Counted from the first letter of the stretch, positions 47,501 to 55,494 are shown. The stretch: 64,000 nt of DNA from an uncultured virus (IMG/VR IMGVR_UViG_3300042298_004026) (IMGVR_UViG_3300042298_004026), one strand, 5' to 3'. Notes: generated from the letters alone by a model not told the origin. A program made the numbers and translations.

Positions 47501-47983
47501 ACTGGCGCTTACAGTCAAGCCTTTACTGGTACATTCAGCGGCATTTATACTGGTCAGTTTTCTGGTGCGTACACGGGAGCATTTGGTTCATTGTTTACAG
47601 GAGTATACAGCCGTATATTCACTGGATCTTATTCGAGCGCATTCACAGGCCAGTTTAACCAATCGCCTGTTTACACGAGCGTGTATTCAAGACCATATGC
47701 TGGCGTGTATGGTCAGACGTTTAGTAGTACGACATATCCAGGTGCGTTTTATGCACAAGCGTTTACAGGAGAGTACACAGGATCGTATACAGGAACCTCT
47801 ATCTTTGGGTTCACAAGTAGTTTTTCTAAAGCATTTACTAGTTTGTTAGGTTCTTTTTCATCGTTATTTACAGGACTATATACTAACATAACAGGGCAAT
47901 ATCTAGCAGCTTGGTCGGGGTTGACAATAATGTCAACGCCGGAAACAATTCAAACACTTAAACTTTGGGTACGAACAGCATGA
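41555..47983 (+). CDS. Giant tetrapeptide-repeat protein B (2142 aa), paralogue of A
   Basis: Same N-terminal module triplet, about 1860-aa [FYW]xGx array (42338-47923), C-terminal LWVRTA. Confidence 0.8.
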   Translation: MPLRPLYYNTSLSGLQEMSNTDIDGYISNVIGSDFASTEDIGSLIVQDPGDPVPANSTSIGTWVDTRYDQQIGDHPVSEANLVYSNTTIYQRLGGGPLTDPSMVRPICWNDTLDGVQQMANTDIDTTIIAKAVSYIVNGGVGSYVLQPSAPVTGTWVVRGRLQNTERPYFANETFLWQKTSESPSGSIKPLKWSTNALREMSNNDIKTLTHRARNYIANTGIGTYQLSTTTPSSGGTWVEAGTGFNDTRQEIRPQTYNAQVYTATFSGVYTRAFVGKYQGSFTGLYGIPYTREFTGTFADTFTGAFNQQFTGAFSSGYATTYTGTFNQQFTGQFTGAYTGGYTGTFTGAYTGGYTGAFTGVYSAPYVGSFTGVYVGTFNQQFTGAFSGVYLGTYQQNFTGDYVGGFTGAFSGAYAQAFTGAYSSIFTAAYSGSFTGQFSGLYTGAFTGVYVGSYVGKFTGAYTAIYSRLFTGDYTGIYTGAYSQNFTGAFTGQFNQVFTGTFAGGYAGTFNQVFTGTFAGTYSSLFSAIYTGNYTGIYSQAFTGAFTGIFNQAFTGNFVGNYVGNYQQTFTGAFAGTYSSLFTGSYTGNYTGLYNQVFTGTFAGTYSQVFSGSYTGNYTGLYNQVFTGTFAGTYSRLFTGSYTGNYTGIYNQIFTGTFAGTYSRLFTGSYTGNYTGIYNQVFTGAFVGNYAGSFTGSFAGGYTGAFSGSYTGAYTGIYAGSYVGNYQGNFTGSFAGTYSRLFIGSYSGGYTRAFTGAYTGIYSGGYVGSFTGLYSGGYVGSFTGIYSGGYTRAFSGSYTGSYTGTYAGTYTGLYSGGYVGSFTGIYSGGYTRAFSGSYTGSYTGTYAGTYTGIYAGGYVGYFTGIYSGGYTRAFSGSYTGSYTGTYVGTYTGIYAGGYVGYFTGIYSGGYTRAFSGSYTGSYTGTYAGTYTGLYSGGYVGYFTGIYSGGYVGYFTGIYGGTYSRLFTGAYAGGYIGYFTGIYGGTYSRLFTGAYAGGYVGYFTGIYGGTYSRLFTGTYSGSYQGNFTGLYSGTYSRLFTGSYTGLYSGNFQGNFTGAFAGTYSRLFTGLYTGSYSRGFTRVFIGTYQRGFIGSYAGSFNNTFTPTFAGAYARAFIGVYAGSYQNPFTGIYFTGYYTGFYINFFTGTYQGAFTRLFTGAYTGVYQDPYVILTFTGPFAGPGFFAGTYGGSYVGVFGASYSRLFTGFYSGSYTGDFTGAFARVFTATWTGSYAGSYQGNFTGSFAGTYSRLFTGQYSGAYAGSYQGNFTGTFAGTYSRLFTGTYSGNYQGNFSGIYAGSYAQTFTGIYSGNYQGNFSGTYAGAYAQTFTGIYSGNYQGNFSGTYAGAYAQTFTGAYAGAYAQTFTGTYAGGYTGYYSGAYAGTYSGAFNQTFTGAYAGAYAQTFTGTYAGGYTGYYSGAYAGTYSGSFNQTFTGAFAGAYAQTFTGTYAGGYTGYYSGAYAGTYSGAFNQTFTGAFAGVYQQTFTGTYSGGYIGYYSGAYAGTYSGAFNQTFTGAFAGVYQQTFTGSYSGTYQQTFTGGYAGTYSGSYNQTFTGAFLGSYESSFTGFYSGAYSRLFTGSYTGAYTGIYVGSYVGTFNQTFTGSFAGTYSRVFSGLYSGGYTGAFTGIYAGAYVGNFQGNFTGNYSGGYTGAFTGIYAGAYVGNFQGNFTGNYSGGYTGTFSGIYAGSYVGGYQGNFTGNYSGGYTGTFTGVYAGAYVGSYQGNFTGSFIGGYTRVFSGTYSGVYTGVYTGQFTGIYSTLFTGAFSGIYAGGYGGSFLGNFSGLYSGGYTGAFTGIYTGIYTGGYTGTFTGAYSTQFTGTFTGGYAGTYAGAYQGNFTGVFQGTYQQSFTGNYTGIYSQAFSGTYNQAFTRNFTFDYTGTFSGPYVGFFTGSYSQVFSRFFTGSYTGQFTGAYSGIYSQAFTGAFSGNYTGIYSQAFTGAYTGIFNQTFTGDFVGKFNQTFSGIFIGSYNQQFTGAFSGGYTAVYTGAYSQAFTGTFSGIYTGQFSGAYTGAFGSLFTGVYSRIFTGSYSSAFTGQFNQSPVYTSVYSRPYAGVYGQTFSSTTYPGAFYAQAFTGEYTGSYTGTSIFGFTSSFSKAFTSLLGSFSSLFTGLYTNITGQYLAAWSGLTIMSTPETIQTLKLWVRTA
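43262..46729 (+). repeat. Mirror-arranged tandem repeat blocks in protein B: 84 nt x4, 120 nt x4, 72 nt x3, centre, 72 nt x3, 120 nt x4, 84 nt x4
   Basis: Blocks at 43262-43597, 43874-44353, 44390-44605, 45398-45613, 45614-46093 and 46394-46729. Confidence 0.88.
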
Positions 47984-48423
47984 AACGAACTATTGTAAAT
48001 CCGCATTGGGTAAACAATGCAAGAACAGTTATCTCTGCTGAATTTCATTATGATGACGGTAGGGTAGCGCAGGCAACGATTTCCGAGTCGGATGTTACTA
48101 ATCCAGACCTTGTTGAAATTAAATCAAAATTTACGGACGAGCAACTTGAAGCTAACACGCGTAAAAAAATTCAAGAGATCAATGCCGAGCGTGAGCGTAA
48201 GCATCAGGAAGAATTGGCTAAGGCTCAACGAAAACAACAAGAAGAATTGTTTGCAGCTAAGCTAAGAATTTTTGAGATCGACGCCATTAAAGAATCAGAT
48301 AATCGAGTGCTCAAAGCAAAGATAAGAAAGTCAAAGAGTGATGTTGAGGCTATGGCGTGGGCCTCGGCTTTGTTGCTTGATATAGCCCAAAAGGAAATAG
48401 CAACAAATTCAACGGCGGAGTAA
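47980..48423 (+). CDS. Hypothetical protein, possible fibre assembly chaperone
   Basis: ATGA-coupled to protein B. Small beta N-terminus plus charged helix ending LFAAKLRIFEI..IK.S....K.KIRKSK. Confidence 0.6.
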   Translation: MKRTIVNPHWVNNARTVISAEFHYDDGRVAQATISESDVTNPDLVEIKSKFTDEQLEANTRKKIQEINAERERKHQEELAKAQRKQQEELFAAKLRIFEIDAIKESDNRVLKAKIRKSKSDVEAMAWASALLLDIAQKEIATNSTAE

Positions 48424-48425
48424 AA

Positions 48426-49160
48426 ATGAATATTCGTAATGGTTTTTTAATTGTTGCATCACAACTCAAAGAGTATCTAGATTCGGCAAATTATCTGGCG
48501 AGTAGTATAAAAGACTACTATCCCGAAGCACACATCACTCTTTTTGTAACTCCAAAGCTAGAGCAATATGCTGACCGCAGTGCCTTTGATCTAGTTATAT
48601 CTGAGGATGTTCCGAACCATGTGCGTACAAAGTTGTACGCTCTCTCCAGAACACCATACACTGAGCTTACTGTTTATGTTGATGCAGATATGGAGTGCAT
48701 GCACTCTGATGTCTCGAATATTTGGGATGAAATGCCTGAGGATTGTGACCTCCTGATTACAAAAATACGTCCCTATAACGGTAAAGAGGATCGTTGGCCG
48801 GGAGGTGCGACGATACCTCAAGGCCGTATGATATATCATGGTGGTTTTTTTATGTACAGATCAAACCCACAAACACTTGAGTTTATGCGTAGGTGGTGGG
48901 AGGATTATAAATTACAAAGAAGTGAACCATGGCCTTATCCTGAAGAAGAGTGTAGGAAGTCCTTTGCTCAATGGGATCAATTTACTTTTTGGAAACTTTT
49001 AGCTGTTGACAAGCTAGATGTTAAGGTAGGTGTTTTTGATGATGATGCAAGATGGAATTTTGTAAATGGTTATTATCCAAAAGAAGCCAAAAAAGAGATC
49101 GTTTTTTGGCACCACACTATTCCTTCTAAGCACGAAAATATAGGGATCAAAGCTAAATGA
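48426..49160 (+). CDS. GT-A fold glycosyltransferase (GT8-like)
   Basis: SIKDYYPEAHITLF...KLYAL..TPY...TVYVDAD (DxD)...HGGFF...WDQF..W...RWN...HH. Confidence 0.75.
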   Translation: MNIRNGFLIVASQLKEYLDSANYLASSIKDYYPEAHITLFVTPKLEQYADRSAFDLVISEDVPNHVRTKLYALSRTPYTELTVYVDADMECMHSDVSNIWDEMPEDCDLLITKIRPYNGKEDRWPGGATIPQGRMIYHGGFFMYRSNPQTLEFMRRWWEDYKLQRSEPWPYPEEECRKSFAQWDQFTFWKLLAVDKLDVKVGVFDDDARWNFVNGYYPKEAKKEIVFWHHTIPSKHENIGIKAK

Positions 49161-49789
49161 AAGAAATTCAAATAAACAATAAAGAACTTAAACAAATTTT
49201 AAATGATTGGTTAGAGGTTCTTTTGAGAGCAGATCGTTCGAAATATCCCTATCAAGCAGGCGTGGGTAAAACTGGATTAGTGACTCCAGAGTATGCATGT
49301 AGTATGGAATACTTGCAACACATGCAAAGTAAAAAAGTAGACGGATTCCCAGAAACAACACATGGTGTTGATCTAATGAGGTTTCGACCACCACACCAAT
49401 CCCTTGCCGACGCTTTGGTAAAGCTAGACTACGATCTACTCAATTGGTCTGGATCGCGCAACAATGCGGTTAAGATGCTCTATCCTAAAGGCGGGTATAT
49501 GGGCTGGCATCATAATGCAAACGCGCCCGGTTATAACATTCTTTTATCATGGTCTGAAAAAGGTACAGGTTTCTTTCGTTACCAAGATCCAATAACAAAA
49601 GAGATTGTCACGATGCAGGACACGCCTGGGTGGACGTGTAAAGTTGGATATTATGGACCATGGCATGAGCCGGATCGAATCTACTGGCACTGCGCAAGCG
49701 CACATGAAGAAGAGCGGGTAACGCTAGGGTATATCATTCCTCATGAAGGGATGTGGAATAATATGTGCGATGATATTCAGTCAGCGTAA
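49157..49789 (+). CDS. Putative Fe(II)/2OG oxygenase-like (cupin) protein
   Basis: YPKGGYMGWHHNANAPGYNIL...YWHCA...RVTLG. Confidence 0.55.
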   Translation: MKEIQINNKELKQILNDWLEVLLRADRSKYPYQAGVGKTGLVTPEYACSMEYLQHMQSKKVDGFPETTHGVDLMRFRPPHQSLADALVKLDYDLLNWSGSRNNAVKMLYPKGGYMGWHHNANAPGYNILLSWSEKGTGFFRYQDPITKEIVTMQDTPGWTCKVGYYGPWHEPDRIYWHCASAHEEERVTLGYIIPHEGMWNNMCDDIQSA

Positions 49790-50511
49790 TATTTTCTAAA
49801 GAAGTGTTCGTAGTGTTTGGGTAGGGTTGGACCGTTAAAAAGTATCACAGGTATTTTTTTAACGGTCTCAACAAACTTACTTTCTCTATATGCTTTTTGG
49901 ACTGGGTCGTACAACGCATTCTCTTCAATGTCTACGCCGTAAAGAAAAGAATAAAATTTTCTTGTTGGAAAATATCCAATATTCACGTTGATATTTTCTT
50001 TCTCATAAAACAAAAAAGAGTCCATACCCCATCTATATTTGTTCATAAATGATTCAGGATCTCTAGATACAAACTCCCAAATTTTTTGTGGTTTGTTTTC
50101 TTGCCACGTCATGCAACTACTGTTAAACGGATGGTGAAATATTGGGAAACCATAGTCCCATTTTGGTCTCCACTCTGCTTCAATTAGTGTTAGCTCATTA
50201 TGATTAAAAGCAGTGATGTCGTTAATGTCGTGTTTAATGACAACATCGAGATCAAAAAAAATACGATCACCAGTTGGTAGTTGATCGTTTACTTGCTCAC
50301 TGAACAGAAACATCTTATTGTAGACGACGATATCAAACTCGTTTTCAACATATTCAATGATATTGATACCATGTGAAATCCCTTCGGGATTGTCCGTGTA
50401 GCAGAACATCTTGAATGGTCTTGCTATGTTCTTGCGGCACATCCTAAATAAGTTATTGACCATAGAGCTAGGGTATTTCGTACCAACTTTAACACATAAA
50501 ATAGTGAGCAT
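49777..50511 (-). CDS. GT-A fold glycosyltransferase
   Basis: ILCVKVGTKY...VNNL..M...FCYTD...K..LF...FFDLDVVI (DxD)...FNSSCM.W. Start is at 50511 or 50517. Confidence 0.75.
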   Translation of the reverse strand: MLTILCVKVGTKYPSSMVNNLFRMCRKNIARPFKMFCYTDNPEGISHGINIIEYVENEFDIVVYNKMFLFSEQVNDQLPTGDRIFFDLDVVIKHDINDITAFNHNELTLIEAEWRPKWDYGFPIFHHPFNSSCMTWQENKPQKIWEFVSRDPESFMNKYRWGMDSFLFYEKENINVNIGYFPTRKFYSFLYGVDIEENALYDPVQKAYRESKFVETVKKIPVILFNGPTLPKHYEHFFRKYYAD

Positions 50512-50515
50512 TTCC

Positions 50516-51118
50516 ATGGATATTCAATATCTAACAAAAATTTCAGATGTTTTAAGGAAGGGTGTGTCTACAGGGTTAAATGTGTTTGATTTCGCTAATT
50601 CATTCAGTCAAACACAACTCGAATCAAAAAAATGGTTGGTTGAAGAATTAAGTAAAGTTTCATTCAAGAAACAACCCACCATACTTATATTGGGTGGATG
50701 GTACGGAAGCTATCTTGTTCCACTGCTACGGCAGCATGTAAAACCTGATCACATATATTTCAATGATATCGACAGATCGTGTTTAGACGTTGCAAAAGAG
50801 TTACATACCAGATACAAAGAAGATAGAAGTATAAGTTTCCACCATTTTGATGCTACAGCAATGTTTCATCATTTTGATGCTGATATCGTTATAAACACTT
50901 CATGTGAGCACATGGAGCAGTACGAGGAGATGTTGAAGGAGGGCCAAGATACGTTATTCGTACTGCAGTCGTGTGATGAGGAAAGTGACCCGGGTCACGT
51001 AAACGTTTCCAAATCAACACAAGATTTTTTACACAAAGTTGGGTTAACGCGCGTATACATGCAGTCGAGAAAGAACCTTGGACACAAAAACAGGTTTTTG
51101 ATCATAGGTAAACAATAG
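50516..51118 (+). CDS. Class I SAM-dependent methyltransferase-like protein
   Basis: SFS..QLESKKWL...ILILGGWYG...FNDID...DIVINTSCEHM...LQS...RFLIIG. Confidence 0.65.
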   Translation: MDIQYLTKISDVLRKGVSTGLNVFDFANSFSQTQLESKKWLVEELSKVSFKKQPTILILGGWYGSYLVPLLRQHVKPDHIYFNDIDRSCLDVAKELHTRYKEDRSISFHHFDATAMFHHFDADIVINTSCEHMEQYEEMLKEGQDTLFVLQSCDEESDPGHVNVSKSTQDFLHKVGLTRVYMQSRKNLGHKNRFLIIGKQ

Positions 51119-51130
51119 CATAAGTGTTTT

Positions 51131-51138
51131 TATAAATA
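51131..51138 (+). promoter_or_regulatory. T4-type late promoter TATAAATA
   Basis: Exact motif in the intergenic gap before ATG 51162. Confidence 0.75.
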
Positions 51139-51161
51139 CACAAAAACAGAGAATTCTACTC

Positions 51162-51488
51162 ATGGCCATAAAAGCAAATTTGATAATTGATCAAGGGACA
51201 GATTATCAAACAGATATAACACTTACGGACCTTGATGATAATGTTGTTAACTTGTCCGGGTATACAGCTAATGCCCAGATAAGAAAGTCATACACTTCGT
51301 CAAACGCTGTCAGTTTTTCTGTAACGCTTGGTGAAAATACTGGTATTGTGACGTTATCGTTAACCGATACACAAACAGCCAATATCACACCTGGAAGGTA
51401 TTTGTATGATGTTCTCTTAACATCAAACAATATAACATCGAGAATTGTAGAAGGTATAGTTACCGTAACGCCAGGAGTAACGAGATGA
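51162..51488 (+). CDS. Virion structural/adaptor protein (BppU-N-like beta domain)
   Basis: ANLIIDQG...NLSGYT..AQIRKSY...LSLT..QT...GRYLYDV...RIVEG.VTV.PGVT. Confidence 0.6.
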   Translation: MAIKANLIIDQGTDYQTDITLTDLDDNVVNLSGYTANAQIRKSYTSSNAVSFSVTLGENTGIVTLSLTDTQTANITPGRYLYDVLLTSNNITSRIVEGIVTVTPGVTR

Positions 51489-51709
51489 GTGCAGGGATAA
51501 AAGTGCGACTTTCGGGTGGTGCTATTAGTCCGGCTGGAACCGTAACAATTAAAAATACAATTCAATCTGAAGTAAATAGAAGAATAGACCAGCTGTTAGA
51601 CGTGGTGGCTGATACTGCAAACACTGCTGCAGGAAGCACTCTTGTTTATGATCCATTAACAGACAAATATGTCGTAAAATTATTAGACTTAGACGGGGGT
51701 AGTTTCTAA
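51485..51709 (+). CDS. Small virion protein ending LDGGSF
   Basis: L.DV...GSTLVYD...K...LDGGSF. Translationally coupled on both sides. Confidence 0.6.
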   Translation: MSAGIKVRLSGGAISPAGTVTIKNTIQSEVNRRIDQLLDVVADTANTAAGSTLVYDPLTDKYVVKLLDLDGGSF

Positions 51710-53635
51710 ATGGCAAATTTAATTCAAATTAAACGAAGTGAAACGACAGCAATACCAACTTCACTGGAAGACGGCGAGTTAGCCTATACTAGTAATGGTG
51801 AAGTACTATTTATTGGTAGCAATGGTGTCGTTATTCCTATTGGTGGTCAACGGGTTCCTGGTGTTTTAACGGCTAACCAAGCTCTTGTTGTTAACTCTTC
51901 AAGTTCTATTGACTCTATCAAGGTCGCAAACCTTGTACCGACAAAGATTTATGCAAATGGTTCCCATGGTAGTGTGGGCCAGGTTCTTGTGTCTGATGGT
52001 GCAAATGTGTTTTGGGGTACAGGCACAGCTGGCACTAATACAACCATTCAGTTTAACGACTCTGGTACAGCAAACGGTATTGCAGCATTTACGTTTAATA
52101 AAGATACGAATACAATGTTTGTATCTGGCGCTATTACTGTTGGCTCAAATGTCATTACAAATACTTCTACTATTAGTATCGGTAACAGTACAGTTAACAC
52201 GACCGCCAATTCGTCTGAGCTTCGTGTAAATGGTACTATAGTTAATAGTTCTATTGTCCAGGTTGCTGGACAATTCCGAGGCTATACAGCTAACGTCAGT
52301 ACAAGTATTGAAGTTGGTTCAAATGTGTTTGTCAACACATCGACTATATCCGTTGGTAATTCAACAGTCAACACGCAGATAACCGGTTCACGTATACTGG
52401 TTGGTGGTGCCGATGATAGTTCCAATGTCACTTCAGGTGCGGTTGTTATTGATGGTGGTTTAGGTGTTGGTAAGAGAATAAACACAAAAGAACTAGCTGT
52501 TGGTAACACAACTGTTTATTCGTCTGCAAATGGTACGACAATTGTAACACAAGACGTGTTAGCAACAGGTACTGTGAATGCGACAGTTTTGAGTGTCGGC
52601 GGTTCGGTTGTAGGTAACAACAGCGGTATCTTTACATCAGGTGTTGTCAACGGTGATATTGTCCAGGTCGGTTCTAACTTTAGAGCCAACACAACACAAA
52701 CATCTGTTGGAACGTTCTTAACTGTTGCTGGTAATGCAGTTGTTAATGGTCAGCTCACAGTTAACAACACAGCTGCTCTTGGTAACACAACCATCACCGG
52801 TTTTGCAAATGTTTCAACATCGTTGAATGTAACTGGTGCAGCAACAGTCAATGGTGCCTTGACGGTTAACAACACAGCGGCTGTTGGTAACACAACAATA
52901 ACAGGTTCGTTAGGCACAACAGGTGCAGCAACAGTCAATGGTGCGTTTACTGTTAACAATACAGCAAGTGTTGGTAATACAACAATCACAGGCTCGGCTA
53001 ATGTAACAGGTCACCTACAAGCTAATTCTTTGAGTGTTGGTGACACAACAATCAGTGGTAACCTAACCGTTACAGGCACACTTACAACCGTCAGTGCCAA
53101 TAATATCAGCATCACCGATTCAATGATCCAGCTGGCATCTAACAATACAACAACAGATGTGCTGGACATCGGTTTGTTTGGTAGTTATGAAGCCGGTGAT
53201 AGTGGTAACCATGAACATACTGGTTTCTTCAGAGATGCAAGTGATTCGGGTGTTTGGAAACTGTTCGAGGGACTAGAAGTCTCCCCTACCACAACCGTCG
53301 ATACAGGTAATAATACTTTTGAATTTGCAACGTTGCAAACATTCTTGAAAACGGGTGGTGCAGGTTTAACAGGTTTAATAGCAAACTCAACAACTATTGC
53401 TTTAACTGCAAACAGTACATTGAATGTTGCGATCGTTGCTAACACATTGACACTATCAACAGCTCTTGCTGGTAATTCTGGTGGTACTGGTCTTGCAAGT
53501 TATACAGCTGAAGATATCCTTGTTGCAAACAGCACAAATGGCTTTAGAAAACTTGCACTGGGTACAGCAGGTCATGTATTACAAAGTAATGGTACAGCAT
53601 TGATTTATTCAACATTGGACGGTGGTTCGTTCTAA
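51710..53635 (+). CDS. Tail-fibre-like protein
   Basis: N-terminal IQIKRS...P..L.DGELAY motif, internal TVNNTA.VGNTTITG repeats, C-terminal LDGGSF. Confidence 0.7.
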   Translation: MANLIQIKRSETTAIPTSLEDGELAYTSNGEVLFIGSNGVVIPIGGQRVPGVLTANQALVVNSSSSIDSIKVANLVPTKIYANGSHGSVGQVLVSDGANVFWGTGTAGTNTTIQFNDSGTANGIAAFTFNKDTNTMFVSGAITVGSNVITNTSTISIGNSTVNTTANSSELRVNGTIVNSSIVQVAGQFRGYTANVSTSIEVGSNVFVNTSTISVGNSTVNTQITGSRILVGGADDSSNVTSGAVVIDGGLGVGKRINTKELAVGNTTVYSSANGTTIVTQDVLATGTVNATVLSVGGSVVGNNSGIFTSGVVNGDIVQVGSNFRANTTQTSVGTFLTVAGNAVVNGQLTVNNTAALGNTTITGFANVSTSLNVTGAATVNGALTVNNTAAVGNTTITGSLGTTGAATVNGAFTVNNTASVGNTTITGSANVTGHLQANSLSVGDTTISGNLTVTGTLTTVSANNISITDSMIQLASNNTTTDVLDIGLFGSYEAGDSGNHEHTGFFRDASDSGVWKLFEGLEVSPTTTVDTGNNTFEFATLQTFLKTGGAGLTGLIANSTTIALTANSTLNVAIVANTLTLSTALAGNSGGTGLASYTAEDILVANSTNGFRKLALGTAGHVLQSNGTALIYSTLDGGSF

Positions 53636-53651
53636 ATGAAAAAGGATTGTT

Positions 53652-54029
53652 ATGGAAGCAGATTTGGTAAATGCGTTCGTTGAGAAACAGCGTGATACGA
53701 TAAATGAATTTGTAGCAAAGAATGTAATGTTGGAGGCGCGGCTTGTTGTAGTTGAGAAGAAGCTACAACAAGCTGCTGACCTTAGTGATAAGATTGCTGA
53801 TGGTGAGCTTCAGTTGAGGCTAATGAAAACACAAAACGAATCGATGTCGGTTATAATCGATAAGCAAAAACAAAAAGAAAAAGAATTAAAAGAAAAGACT
53901 GATCAGCTCCAGGAAAAAAACGAACAGCTTCAGAAACTTGTAGATCAACTTACCAATGAAAAAGAAGCCCACAGACAAAAAGCAGAAGCTCTTCGTAAAA
54001 AAGCTGAAGAGTTAATGCAAAACAACTAA
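53652..54029 (+). CDS. Coiled-coil hypothetical protein
   Basis: Heptad-rich E/K/Q/L sequence. AAGGA ribosome-binding site. Confidence 0.65.
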   Translation: MEADLVNAFVEKQRDTINEFVAKNVMLEARLVVVEKKLQQAADLSDKIADGELQLRLMKTQNESMSVIIDKQKQKEKELKEKTDQLQEKNEQLQKLVDQLTNEKEAHRQKAEALRKKAEELMQNN

Positions 54030-54037
54030 AGTTAAAA

Positions 54038-54727
54038 ATGTCACAAATCATTCAAGTTAAACGAACAGACGTTGCCGGTCGTACACCAAATACGACAAAT
54101 GTTGCTAATGATCAGTACATTTATGAAGGGGAATTGGCCCTCAACATGGCCGATAGGAGACTTTTTACCTCCAACGGATCTGTAGTTATCGAGGTCGGTG
54201 CAAATTTAACCAGCTTAAATGTCGTGGGTGGTACAACTGTTAATGGTACACTTACCATCAACAATACTGCAAGTATCGGGAACACAACTATTACTGGTTT
54301 TGCTAATGTATTGAGCAACTCATCTGTTGGTTTACGAGTATCAAGAAGTGATTTTGGTTCCCAATACATTGATATCAAGTCATATTCAACCGGACATTTA
54401 TTAACATTTCAAGCTGCATCTACTAACCCAAAATCTGTTTACTTTAATATAGATGTTAATGGTAACACAGCTGCTGATACCCGTTACCTGCTTCAAATTG
54501 ACAGTGTTGAAAAGTTTAAAGTTAATTCATCCATAGTAGCAGTCAATAATGATTTAACGGTTACTGGTTTTGCTAATGTAACATCTGCAATACAAGTCGG
54601 TTCTATGTTCGTTGCAAATAGTACGATGGTGAAAATAACAAGTGACGATAAGTTAACATTCAATAATGGCACAACACAGAACACCGCGTTCCGTGTGTAT
54701 AACGAGAGTGGTACACGTATAGCCTAA
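54038..54727 (+). CDS. Short tail-fibre-like protein
   Basis: IQVKRT...P...EGELALNMADRRLFT N-terminal fibre motif. Confidence 0.65.
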   Translation: MSQIIQVKRTDVAGRTPNTTNVANDQYIYEGELALNMADRRLFTSNGSVVIEVGANLTSLNVVGGTTVNGTLTINNTASIGNTTITGFANVLSNSSVGLRVSRSDFGSQYIDIKSYSTGHLLTFQAASTNPKSVYFNIDVNGNTAADTRYLLQIDSVEKFKVNSSIVAVNNDLTVTGFANVTSAIQVGSMFVANSTMVKITSDDKLTFNNGTTQNTAFRVYNESGTRIA

Positions 54728-54749
54728 ATAGTTCCAAAAGGAGAAGTGT

Positions 54750-55493
54750 ATGGCTGTACCAACCACACGAGCAGGGTTCAAAGAATATTGTCTCCGTGCT
54801 CTAGGCAAACCTGTTATTGAGATTAACGTTGATGACGATCAAGTAGAGGATCGTATTGATGAATCCCTTCGTTATTATTGGGATTACCATTTCGATGGTA
54901 CAGAAAAGGTTTATTATAAGCACGCCATAACCGCTCAAGATAAAGAAAACAAATACATCACATTGCCTGAAAATATCATAGGTGCTGTCCGTGTGTTCCC
55001 TATTGGCGATCCATCAATTCGTTCAGACGACTTGTTTAATATAAGATATCAAATTGCTCTCAATGACCTCTATACATTAACAGCATATTCAATGATTCCC
55101 TATTACATGGCAATGCAACATCTAGCCCTGATTTCGGAGTTTTTAGTTGGACAACAACCGATCAGATACAGCCGTCACCGTGATCGTCTACACGTTGATA
55201 CTAAGTGGGATAATTATAATGTTGGAGATTATCTTCTAGTTGAAGCATATGAAGTTTTAGACCCGGACACATTCTCAGAAGTTTGGTCTGATAGATGGCT
55301 ACAAAATTACTGTACACAAAAGATTAAGTATCAATGGGGTGCTAATCTAACTAAATTCATTGGAATGCAGTTGCCAGGTGGCGTACAATTCAATGGTGAA
55401 AAGATTATGAACGATGCAAAAGATGAAATAGAGAAGATGGAAAAGGATATGATCCTTAATTATTCTCTGCCTGTTGCGGACATGATGGGATAA
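54750..55493 (+). CDS. gp13: Neck protein (T4 gp13-like)
   Basis: YCLRALGKPVIEINVDDDQVEDRID...YHFDG...WL..Y....IK.QWG.NL.KF.G.QLPGGV. CCTAAATA late-type motif at 54723. Confidence 0.95.
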   Translation: MAVPTTRAGFKEYCLRALGKPVIEINVDDDQVEDRIDESLRYYWDYHFDGTEKVYYKHAITAQDKENKYITLPENIIGAVRVFPIGDPSIRSDDLFNIRYQIALNDLYTLTAYSMIPYYMAMQHLALISEFLVGQQPIRYSRHRDRLHVDTKWDNYNVGDYLLVEAYEVLDPDTFSEVWSDRWLQNYCTQKIKYQWGANLTKFIGMQLPGGVQFNGEKIMNDAKDEIEKMEKDMILNYSLPVADMMG

Positions 55494-55494
55494 C

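Noticed and set aside
38826..47849. Many alternative-frame ORFs rich in Leu/Gln/Val/His/Ile (e.g. 45129-46220, 42993-43616)
   Set aside because: They are frame-shifted read-outs of the tetrapeptide arrays.
38000..47983. Ice-nucleation protein (InaZ-like) identity for the Gly/Tyr/Thr repeats
   Set aside because: The AGYGSTxTA 16-mer and regular TxT ladders are absent. The period is 4 aa with an aromatic anchor. An ice-related function cannot be excluded but is unsupported.
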